Origin: Candidatus Latescibacterota bacterium
Lineage (GTDB): Bacteria > Latescibacterota > UBA2968 > UBA8231
NCBI GenBank assembly: GCA_965219385.1
Contig: CBDCNM010000002.1
Coordinates: 3,916,305-3,980,304 of the forward strand
Direction of reading: 5' to 3'
Length of the DNA stretch: 64,000 nt
The notes under the pieces were generated by a model. It was not told where the DNA came from, ran no database searches, and saw only the letters and a list, made by a program, of their open reading frames with translations. Positions within the stretch are counted from its first letter, which is position 1, and each line of letters begins with the position of its first letter. This document shows positions 39,601 to 47,920 of this stretch, piece by piece. The translations under genes and the position numbers were made by a program.

Positions 39601-40414
39601 AGGCATCTGTCAGGGTGCGGACCCCCCCGGTAAAATGGTAGCCCCGGACGTTCTGATAGACCGGCACAAAACTCCACTTCACCGCTCCCTGCACGCAGCC
39701 GTGCCCATCGTCGGGATACGCCCCGGAGGTGAAGTCGTCCGCCGCCAGGTCGTTGGAGGGGTACCACTCCCCGCCCACGGGACACTGCACCTTGTAGGGC
39801 ATCCCCTCCACGTCCATGCCCCAGGGGTAGTAGCCGCCGTGCTTGAAGATCGCATCCCCGTGAATCGGGCATCCCACTTTCAGGTTGACGAAATGATAGC
39901 GCGAAAACTGGGTTTGCGGCAACAGGTCCCACAGGAAGTCGTCCGGCTTGGCGACCCATCCCTCGGCGCTTGGGCGGAGTTGGCGCACCTCCTCTGGATG
40001 GCGCCGGCTCCAGGCCAGGGCGCGCTCCAGGTCGTCCTGGCGCCAGATGGTGCGGGAGGTCTTGAGTTCGTCGGGATCCTCCCATATGGGCCAGCGCCGC
40101 GGCAGGCGGATCGCCCCCTGCTCGCGGCGCTCGAGGATGCCCGCCCGGTCCAGGCAGTCCATTGCCACCTCGGCTCCACCGTTGCGGCCGTCAAAGCGGA
40201 ACTTCGCCCCCCGTTCCACGCGCACTGCCCGGCAGTAGAAGAGGGTCTCGCCGGCGCGCTCAGGGTCGGTGCGGTCGAGAACCTGGACGGATTCCGGGGC
40301 CGCAAGGTCTACCGGCACCTGATCCTCGGGCACGTCCAGGGCGATGCGGAAGACGCGCCCCACCTCGACGCGATCGGGAGCGTAGGTGATCGAGATGCCA
40401 TCGGACCGGTTCAT
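36611..40414 (-). CDS. Heparinase II/III-like polysaccharide lyase-type protein, 1267 aa
   Basis: DGAAYESTGGY; YPQVGDG; GYGIAVLRSG; AHRHDDML.I.L; YSRWVGLIDV..DFYVLDIHRVRGG. Confidence 0.75.
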   Translation of the reverse strand: MNRSDGISITYAPDRVEVGRVFRIALDVPEDQVPVDLAAPESVQVLDRTDPERAGETLFYCRAVRVERGAKFRFDGRNGGAEVAMDCLDRAGILERREQGAIRLPRRWPIWEDPDELKTSRTIWRQDDLERALAWSRRHPEEVRQLRPSAEGWVAKPDDFLWDLLPQTQFSRYHFVNLKVGCPIHGDAIFKHGGYYPWGMDVEGMPYKVQCPVGGEWYPSNDLAADDFTSGAYPDDGHGCVQGAVKWSFVPVYQNVRGYHFTGGVRTLTDAYVQTSDEAMLHKLRVMLLRIADEWGYLSGKVEDRFGFGEINSLDEGRWPRRAARVADLNGSGMVNYCINLAFDFVTYATAYDLAWEGLDEDEDLLKLARQRLGLESGEQIRRYIEDHMLRVGAQTAIDGGAHSNLPHPQLGLTYLILGMNYRAGARLADWLWNGGGQMRYWLPNFFFRDGAAYESTGGYNGMHVDDTPTIAFGLDRLQKLRPEAYQGVGIESFAADPKMKALYTHLAELVCIGRMYPQVGDGGRGPDPDNPPLERIYSMSEKPSAYEYAFETYDDPVFAQVLWAGQGYEPGVESRLSREAVEAVIQRVGPDISLESQIFDGYGIAVLRSGSGDEARALWLRYGQARAHRHDDMLDIGLLGHRRPLMSHLGYPYSWASHGVWDGNWLTHYRVKVQGIGEPPIETAEGAAKGEEVYAGGWYYKTGKESPEDAILYSGALRSFVVTPSFQAAHADGEAFQDLRFPPSSPYKTASDQRQEKGWVKRRYQVLRDQVYSRWVGLIDVDEQDFYVLDIHRVRGGNQHWWSFHGPHGEAIVDGLHNLEAWPAGSPAGKEIGYGEIDKLNTEDTSRHSLTYLYDCRRGEVTRPWGATWSLSGDSNLELRMRHLADDGEVIVGRGKPPISSMEDPPYQLTWTLAHRQGPTPLSSQFVSLIEASEAGHPVVQRVERVPAQGSSAFEPVVVRAETANWTDLVVSASESGAVTPESGDWSFDGEYGFARTGRTGIEQVSLTGGRHFVVEGLGVVATTGTVAGEVLGGDFRARQVVLSGAPEPFEALVGHYVRFDSEQRSSTYRVLAAEPVAQGVRLSLDVDLRIGEGTADAFKEGAVISHTHFPLAGFRYFHGAYLQAADGEVFVVDHIESEVVAQGESGFQPKSWIVLQSAEGQEVPAERLGAACGQGGSFVIYDVGAGDRATFTLTSYMRRVDASTWEGYVGPETILAVGRGRSGTAQVSRGSQQWSLPILDDEADFSRVDLGAAGIGMGPVVVALE

Positions 40415-40581
40415 GAGACCTCCTCAGGTAAAGTGTCAATCCTCTTCGATGCATATACAGGTTCAAGAGGGCGCCAATTATTGGCCCTCTACGTAACAAT
40501 ATGGAAATTCCGACCCTGACGCAAACCCGGCCGGAAAGGTTCGATCAATCAGGGCGGCGTACCCTGTGTTTGCCATGCGAT

Positions 40582-43186
40582 CTAATCTCCTAATTCCACG
40601 AATACTTTGTCAAAATTTCTACCACTTGTCCAGAATGTAGGTTTTTGCTTTCTACCGAGAATTTCGCTTCGTGGCTCTACTTTTTCCACGACGTAATCTC
40701 TGATTTCTCCCAGCGTAACTTCGCCATTTTTGTTATTATCCGCATGCCCCTTTAAGGCCGCAGCAAAGTAGTAGGTGAAAAGTCCATAGTCAGTATCCTG
40801 GATGGCCCAACTCGTCTGGCTGCCCGTCGAAGACGCGATCACAGTAAAATCACCGTGATGCTGATGCGAATCCGCAGGAACGGGAAACGGTTTGCCTTCG
40901 GAGCCTCCGGCGAGAGCTCCACCTTCTCTAATTTTGCCGCTAAAGCAAGTATTGAGAATGATCGTTTTAGTTCTTGCGTTTAACAAAGCCAGTGCGTCGT
41001 ACAGGTCGGCCAGCGGATAGCAGGTTTTATGGATGAGTCTCGGTGAGGTGCTCCCATCCAGGGGCAAAAGGTGCCAATTATCTTCTTCGTCGACAATGCC
41101 ATGTCCCGAATAAAAAACAAAGAGTTCCGTGTTCTCATCGACAGAATTTCCTATTTTTTGTTCAAACATCGAGACAAAGTCATTTCGATTCATTCCCTGC
41201 ACAAAGACCTTAATATCCCTTCCTGGAATACCCAGCACATTTTCGAAGTAGGTTTTCATCAGTCCTGCATCGTTCACGGCATTCTCTGCATTCGGCATGC
41301 CGATAATCACCGCAAGTGCATTCTCCCGTTTTGATTTTGCTTCAGGTATATCTTCTACGTCTTCGGTGAATTTCCGTCTTTTTTTATAAACAACGGTTGT
41401 TTGGCTGCCCAGTTTTTCGAACTTAGCTCTGCCGAGCCGCAGAGGCTTTGGGGTTATTGCGCTCGGTGCATTGACCCTGGTCTTCTTTCTCAGCTCGATC
41501 CCAAGCGACAGGTCAGAAACGGTTGCAATGTCGTACTTTTCGCGAATATCGAGTCCCAGTGGCAGAAGGGATTCACTCTCAGGGTAAGTTTTATTTACCG
41601 CGAAAACAAAATCGAACGAAAAAACCTCACCCAGTTCGAGTCTCTTTTTGAAAAAGGAGACTTCGCCGTCAACCTCGATGGATGTAGATTGATTGTTCAG
41701 ACTGATCTCGACATCGTGCGCATCACCCGGGTTATCTCGGCGACCTTGATTCTGAATTCTCACGGTTGCTTCAATTTGCTCTCCAACTTGCACCTTGCCA
41801 TCGATGCTTTGTCCAAAAGACGATCCTTCGTCATCATCGTCAATTTCAACACCCAGAAGTACAAATTTGGGGGACTTCAACTTCTGAGAGAAAAACACAA
41901 ACTCCAGCGGATCCACATGGTGTCCATTTTCTTCGGTGATCTCTATTCTCAGCACATTTTGTCGCGTTTTCACATCTCGCGCAGCATATACTACAACATC
42001 AAAACTCAGGCTATCACCTGACTTCAGATGCCTCAGAGAGTGGTTTTTGAAGTGCAGTTGCGGATTCTTTTTTGCAAGTGTCATTTTCAGTCTCAAGTTT
42101 ACTGCATCTCCTTTGCCTTTGTTGGTGAGTTTAAAATGAAACTCCCCGGTTTCATCGGCATCGAGGAAACCATTGCCGTTCTCCTCGGAAAAAGAGATCT
42201 CGACAAAGAGATCGGGCGGAAAGTCCGTATTTGCAACCATCGGAAAGAAATCCCAGACATTGACCAAATAGTCCCCACTGCCGCTGATGATATTGTCTCC
42301 GTCAGGGCTGTAGGCCGCCGAGGTCACGGTGCCGGCAGGCCCGCCGAGGGTGTCCGACCAGCTGGTAGGTGCGGGCGTCCCAGAGCTTGATCGTGCCATT
42401 CCCATGCCCGCTGATGATGTAGTTCCCCCCGGGATGGCAGGCCACCGAGGTCACGGTGCCGGCATGGCCGTTGAGGGTTGCGACCAGCTGGTAGGTGCGG
42501 GCGTCCCAGATATTGATCGTACCGTCCCCATTGCCGCCGATGATGTAGTTTCCATCGAGGCTGTAGGATACCGAATATACGATGCTCAAATGGCCGCTGA
42601 GGGTGTTGACCAGCCGGTAGGTGCGGGCGTCCCAGATATTGATGGCACCATCCCAGCTGCCGCTGATGATGTAGTTTCCATCGGGGCTGCAGGCCACCGA
42701 ATATACGGTGCCGGCATGGCCGTTGGGGGTGTTGACCAGCTGGTAGGTGCGGGCGTCCCAGAGCTTGATGGCATGGTCCTCGCTGCCACTGACGATGTAG
42801 TTCCCATCGGGGCTGTAGGCCACCGAATATACGGTGCCGGCATGGCCGCTGAGGGTTGCGACCAGTTGGTAGGTGCGGGCGTCCCAGATATTGATGGCAC
42901 CATCCCAACTGCCGCTGATGATGTAGTTTCCATCGGGGCTGTAGGCCACCGAATATACGGTGCCGGCATGGCCGTTGAGGGTGTTGACCAGCTGGTAGGT
43001 GCGGGCGTCCCAGAGCTTGATGGCATGGTCCTCGCTGCCACTGACGATGTAGTTCCCATCGGGGCTGTAGGCCACCGAATATACGGTGCCGGCATGGCCA
43101 CTGAGGGTTGCGAGTAGTTGTGCGCGGGTGGTTAAAGGCGTGATCAAGATGATGATTAAACCAGGTATAATGCGATAGCTAATCAT
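40582..43186 (-). CDS. Signal peptide + 7 WD40 repeats + Ig-like domains + caspase-like (C14) peptidase; one frameshift at ~42355
   Basis: GH..TV.SVAYSPDG...WD repeats; FVFYSGHG and ILNTCFSG catalytic dyad; YGLFTYYF...VTLGEI...QKP. Removing one G at 42354-42355 fuses the two ORFs. Confidence 0.85.
42250..43115 (-). repeat. Tandem 126-bp WD40-coding repeats, near-identical at DNA level
   Basis: GGTAGGTGCGGGCGTCCCAGA recurs every 126 bp; units 1-2 are nearly identical to units 3-4. Confidence 0.92.
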
Positions 43187-43393
43187 CTTGCTCTCACTTC
43201 CTTTTCACAATTCAGACGCCCCTTCGCATCTTTATTGTATTTCTGTATTTCTCTATTTGAGACTATTCACTCACGATCACCGAAAATACAGTAAATCCAT
43301 CTTAAGAAGACATTATCGACTCCACGATGATCGGTCACACATACCAAGAGTTTGGTGAACACCCTGAGCGAATGCAACTCATATTTATCTTTC

Positions 43394-43488
43394 GCCTAAC
43401 GGCCTCACAATTTCCGACAGCCCGAAGGGCTGTGCCGAAGACCAAGCGGCGAATGCCGCGCAGTGGGAATTGAATGTGCTGGGTCGGC
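43394..43488 (+). other. Degenerate integron attC-like site
   Basis: GCCTAAC ... CAATTTCC / GGGAATTG ... GGTCGGC (GTTAGGC with 2 changes), 95 bp, with the inner hairpin ACAGCCC-GAA-GGGCTGT. Confidence 0.5.
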
Positions 43489-43550
43489 ACTTTTCCAGTG
43501 GCACTTTCAGCCACCAGCCGCACGGCACTTTGTGGCGCACTATTAGGAAT

Positions 43551-44711
43551 GGCTTTGTTGCATGAAAAATCTTGAAGGTACTTTCTGCCTTATGCCCTGG
43601 ATCTCAGTTGACCTTTTCTACTTCATAGGATTCAGGTCTTCCTAAATGCGTCCTCCGATTCAAGATCGCACCGCCCAGACGGCTTTCAACCTGTTGGGGG
43701 CCCATCGCCCGCGCCCGCAGTTTGTCGCCGAGGATCTGTTTATAGCGAAACATCTGCGTCTCGGCCAACGAGCGTCGATGATAGCCGCTTGGGTGTTTCC
43801 AGCCTTTTCGGCCCTTTTTGCGGATGGTACGCAGAATCTCATCCCGCGCCAGCGGCGGGGCGTTACCGTGCCCATGCGGTTGAATCTTGGCCTCTTGGCG
43901 CAGGGCAATGATCGGTTCGATCGGGGGCGCTTGGGGCGGATCGGCCACCGCTTTGAAGACCTTGTGTTTGTCGTAGCCGCCATCGCCCCCCAACGTCTCT
44001 ATCTCGTCGTCGATCTGCTCCAGCAACGGTGGTACCTGCAACGCATCATCGACGCTATTTTCCGCCAAGGTCTCGGCGACGATTTCACCGGTGGCTTCGT
44101 TGACGCCCCAAGGCAGCTGACGCCCGGTCCGCCGCACCGACCCGCCGTGTGGCCGCCCTTTCCACGCGCCTTCGCCATACACGTTCAGGCCCGTGCTATC
44201 CACCACCCCATGGATCGGCTCGTTGGCCGACCGGGTGGGCAACGCAATCGGCAAGGCCCGCTGCCGCCGCGACCGGGTCGAATGATCCGGCGCCGACAGG
44301 GCCAAGCCCATCCCATCCAACACCGATTCGACAAAGCCTTCGGTCTGACGCAAGGGAAGATGATAAACCAACCGCAGCGTCAACGCCGTTTCAATCGCTA
44401 TATCCGAATACACAAATTGGGCGCCGCGCTGCGCCGGGCCTTGATACCTCCACGCCTGTACCGCATCGGTCGAAAACCAGAGTGTCACCTGCCCGCGCTG
44501 TTTCAGCGCCTGGTCATAGGCCGCCCAGTTATGCACACGATACATACTCGACGCTTGCTTCCCGCGGCGCGCCTTGCCGGCGGTGGACCGATTCGATAGG
44601 TTAGGCCTCTCAGGCTCCTGGCTGGGCATGGAAACGGGCTTCTTGGTCGAAAACCGTATCCATGCCCAGCCAGGAGCCTGTCTTATTTCAAGTCATTCGT
44701 GCAACAAAGCT
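43551..44711 (-). mobile_element. IS5-family, IS903-like element, degenerate, no target duplication
   Basis: Ends GGCTTTGTTGCATGAA / TTCGTGCAACAAAGCT, resembling the IS903 GGCTTTGTTG terminus. Confidence 0.9.
43604..44629 (-). pseudogene. IS903-like DDE transposase; open frame but many conserved residues substituted
   Basis: NWAAYDQALKQRG, YSDIAIE, LPLRQTEG, DSTG, GDGGYD, GYHRRSLAETQMFRYK. Confidence 0.8.
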
Positions 44712-44723
44712 GCCTGCAGCCCA

Positions 44724-44924
44724 TTCCACGCGCACTGCCCGGCAGTAGAAGAGGTTCTCGCCGGCGCGTTCGGGGGCGGTGCGGTCGAGGACCTGGACGG
44801 ATTCCGGGGCCGCAAGCTCTGCCGGGACCTAGTCCTCGGGCACGTCCAGGGCGATGCGGAAGACGCGCCCCACCTCGACGCGATCGGGAACATAGGTGAT
44901 CGAGATGCCATCGGACCGGTTCAT
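44724..44924 (-). pseudogene. Dead duplicate of the 5' end of the heparinase-like gene
   Basis: Aligns to 40214-40414 (offset 4510); CAG>TAG at 44829-44831; ends next to the IS terminus. Confidence 0.9.
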
Positions 44925-44945
44925 GGGAGCTCCTCAGGTAACCTG

Positions 44946-45752
44946 TCAATATGATGGTGATGGAAGAATCGCATTCATCCCCGGGATTTCCATGAACCGC
45001 CCGTTGTCCTGACAGGCGATCTGCCCCCCGTCGACGATGATATCCTGACCGGTGATAAACGAAGCGTCCGCGGAGAACAGGAAGGCATAGACTGAGGCAA
45101 TGTCACGCGGGGTTCCGTAGCGATCCATCGGGATCTGTTTGAGGTAGGGTCCTTTGAAGGACGGGTCCTCAATTTCAGCGGTGCCGGGGGTGGAGATTAC
45201 GCCCGGGGAGATGGTATTGACGCGGATTTTGTGTCGGGCGAACTCTCCTGCTGCGGTGCGAGTCAGGGCGACCAGGGCCGCCTTGGAGGCATCGTAGGCC
45301 GCGTTGTTGACGCTGGAGCGATGGGCATTGCGGCTGGCTGTGGAAACGATGGCGCCCCCACCGGCCGCGGCCATCCCCGGTGCCAGGGCGCGCATGAACA
45401 CAAACGGCGAGGTGACATTGATCAGGAAGTTCAGATTCCAGATTTCGTCGGTCATCTCGACGATCGGACTGCCCGGCCACACCCCGGCATTGAGCGCCAG
45501 CCGGGTGATCGGGCCGTGCTCCTCAACCAGTCCTTTCAGCAAGGCCGGGGTGGCCTGGGTGTCGGTCAGATCGAAAGTGCAGGTCGCCAGGGGCAGGCTG
45601 GAAAGTTTATCCAACAATTGGGCCAGGTTGTGCGCATCGCGATCCAGCGCGATGACCCGCAGACCATCCTTCAGCAAGCGTTCCACCACGGCTGCGCCGA
45701 TGCCCTGGGCGCCCCCGGTGACCAGGGCTAAAGGTTGTTCGCGGTCGTTCAT
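44946..45752 (-). CDS. SDR family oxidoreductase
   Basis: TGGAQGIG; NAG; YDASK; ASFITGQ.I.VDGG. Confidence 0.92.
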   Translation of the reverse strand: MNDREQPLALVTGGAQGIGAAVVERLLKDGLRVIALDRDAHNLAQLLDKLSSLPLATCTFDLTDTQATPALLKGLVEEHGPITRLALNAGVWPGSPIVEMTDEIWNLNFLINVTSPFVFMRALAPGMAAAGGGAIVSTASRNAHRSSVNNAAYDASKAALVALTRTAAGEFARHKIRVNTISPGVISTPGTAEIEDPSFKGPYLKQIPMDRYGTPRDIASVYAFLFSADASFITGQDIIVDGGQIACQDNGRFMEIPGMNAILPSPSY

Positions 45753-46249
45753 GCGGACCTCCTGGTGGTGGTGCTCGATTGGGGGCTAGCGGCCACTATA
45801 TCGTGGAACTCCTGGAACATTTCAACCGTGATGCCATCGGGATCCAGGGCGTACATAGCGCGGGCCACAATAACCCCGTCGCGCTCCACGTCCACCGGCG
45901 GATTGATGGAACCGTAGCCAGCCGCCTTCAGGTTCTGGTACACGGCGTCGATATCCTCGACTTCGAAGGCTACGTGCGAGGCCCCCACAAAGGTGTTGTC
46001 CAGCTCGCGCTTCCGGCCTCTGGGGTTTTTATACTGGAACAATTCCAGCAGGAACTCCTTGACCGGATGTCTCAGCAAGGCCACCTGCAGGTGGATATTG
46101 TCGTGGCCGATGATCTGGTCGTAGGAGGGCAAATTCTTGCGCTCGGAGACGCGGATCACCTCCAGCCCTAGCACATCGCGGTAAAACTTGAGGGACTGCT
46201 CCAAGTCGGAGACGGTGAAGCCATGGTGATGGCACATCTTCATGGACAT
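45749..46249 (-). CDS. VOC/glyoxalase family protein
   Basis: HHGFTVSDLEQSLKFY; LELFQY; HVAFEVEDID; DPDGITVE. Confidence 0.9.
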   Translation of the reverse strand: MSMKMCHHHGFTVSDLEQSLKFYRDVLGLEVIRVSERKNLPSYDQIIGHDNIHLQVALLRHPVKEFLLELFQYKNPRGRKRELDNTFVGASHVAFEVEDIDAVYQNLKAAGYGSINPPVDVERDGVIVARAMYALDPDGITVEMFQEFHDIVAASPQSSTTTRRSA

Positions 46250-46502
46250 GGGGCTCCTCCATGGGTTGGCCCCTGCGAGAGCACAGGGGCGGGGTTGAGG
46301 CACACTTGCTCTTTGAGTTGGATATTTTTCGTTTTGGCCGTTCCCTTTTTCTTTGGTGCGCCCTACCTGATTCAGAGGAATCCATTAACAATATGGAAAT
46401 CCCGGTCCTAGCGCAAAGCCGGCGGGAAGTCCGTATTTGCGACTATCGAAAAAAAATCCCAGCTATTGAGCAGTTGGTCCCCACTGCCGCCCTGTGCCCT
46501 CC

Positions 46503-46532
46503 TTGACAACCCCAACCCAGGGAGCTTAATTT
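46503..46532 (+). promoter_or_regulatory. Candidate sigma70 promoter
   Basis: TTGACA, 18-bp spacer, TAATTT, upstream of the + strand cluster. Confidence 0.35.
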
Positions 46533-46540
46533 GTCCTGCA

Positions 46541-46571
46541 CGACGGCGGCGACGGCGGCGACGGCGGCGAC
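46541..46571. repeat. 9-bp tandem repeat CGACGGCGG x3+
   Basis: Read directly from the sequence. Confidence 0.85.
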
Positions 46572-46652
46572 CGGCCCGCCACGCGTTGCAATATCCCCTC
46601 TGATCCGGCCAGCTTCTGCTGCCTCATCGATTCACAGGGTACAAGAAACCCC

Positions 46653-46751
46653 ATGAACGCTCCGATCGAAGTCGGCATCATCCGCTGCGACACCCACGGC
46701 GCCTACTGCGCGATCAACGCCGGTGGACCAAAATCGCCGAGGTCCCAGTAA
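46653..46751 (+). pseudogene. 32-aa remnant of a Gfo/Idh/MocA-like gene
   Basis: MNAPIEVGIIRCDTHGAYCA matches MAPVRFGIIRCDLHAIYYA of the ORF at 53992. Confidence 0.7.
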
Positions 46752-46820
46752 GCGGGATTGCGGCAGCGGCTCAAACCTCGCCCTTGCTTCCAAGACCCCC
46801 CATCAGAAGGAGAGCAAACC

Positions 46821-47786
46821 ATGAAATACATCCAGCTGGGCACCACAGACCAGGAGATTTCCAAGATAGCCTTTGGCTGCATGAGCCTGGGCTATGAAGC
46901 CGAAGACCAGGAAGCCTACGAGCGCCGGGGCAGGAAGGCGGTGCTTCGCGCCTTTGAGCTCGGCATCAATTTCTTCGACACCGCGGATGTGTACAGCAGG
47001 GGCCACTCCGAGGCGGTGCTGAACGCGGCCCTGCGGGAAGGGAAGATCCCCCGCGACCAGATCGCGATTGCCTCCAAATGTTCCATTGTGTTCCAGGGCA
47101 TGGAGCCGGCTTACACCTACAAGGCCTACGACGCCTCCCCGGACTATGTGCGCAAAAGCTGCGAGGCCTCGCTCAAGCGCCTGGGCACCGACTACCTCGA
47201 CCTTTACCAGATCCACCGCATCGACTACCTGGCCCATCCCCAGGAGACCGCCCGGGGCCTGGAGGATCTGAAGCGGGAGGGCAAGATCCGCCATGCTGGG
47301 GTGAGCAACTACACCACCGACGAAATCCGCGCCCTGTCCTCGTACATCCGTCTGGAGAGTCTGCAGACCCAGTTCAGTCTGCTTCATATAGAGCCCCTGG
47401 AGACCGGCCTGCAGCAGGTGTGCCTAGAGAAACAGATGACCATCCTGGCCTTCTGGTCGCTGCACCAGGGCGTCCTGACCGGACAGAAGGAGCTGGCCCA
47501 CGACGACTGGCAGGTCCAGCGCGAGCAGGGCATTGTAGGTCAGATGCAGTCCTTTGCAGCGGACTATGGCCTGAATCTAGGTCAACTGGCCCTGAGTTGG
47601 CTGGTACAGCTGCCCGGCGGAGTGATCCCACTGGTAGGCACGACCCGTGCCGAACACATCGAGGAGGCAGCCAGGGCCGCCGAGATCGAACTGAGCCGGG
47701 ACGATTGGTACGAGTTGCTGGTGATCGCGCGAGGCCGGCCCATGCCCTGGTACCAGCGGCCCTACTTCTACCCAAAGGAGCGCTGA
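46821..47786 (+). CDS. Aldo/keto reductase
   Basis: MKYIQLG; GINFFDTADVY; SLKRLGTDYLDLYQIH; GKIRHAGVSN; AAGGAG RBS. Confidence 0.93.
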   Translation: MKYIQLGTTDQEISKIAFGCMSLGYEAEDQEAYERRGRKAVLRAFELGINFFDTADVYSRGHSEAVLNAALREGKIPRDQIAIASKCSIVFQGMEPAYTYKAYDASPDYVRKSCEASLKRLGTDYLDLYQIHRIDYLAHPQETARGLEDLKREGKIRHAGVSNYTTDEIRALSSYIRLESLQTQFSLLHIEPLETGLQQVCLEKQMTILAFWSLHQGVLTGQKELAHDDWQVQREQGIVGQMQSFAADYGLNLGQLALSWLVQLPGGVIPLVGTTRAEHIEEAARAAEIELSRDDWYELLVIARGRPMPWYQRPYFYPKER

Positions 47787-47920
47787 GGAGCGGGCAAGCG
47801 TCCTCGCTGCGGAGGGTTGCCACAAGATCGACTCGTCGCCGACAAAGCGCTCGGTCTCCTTCCACATAAACGAATATCTTGGAGGAACAGAGCAGGACAT
47901 GGATTGTGGAGGAATGTAAA

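Noticed and set aside
42250..43115. Regularly spaced repeats as a CRISPR array
   Set aside because: Units are 126 bp, in frame and encode WD40; there are no unique spacers and no cas genes.
46541..46571. 9-bp repeat as a phase-variation switch
   Set aside because: Only about three units, non-coding and a multiple of three; no evidence of function.
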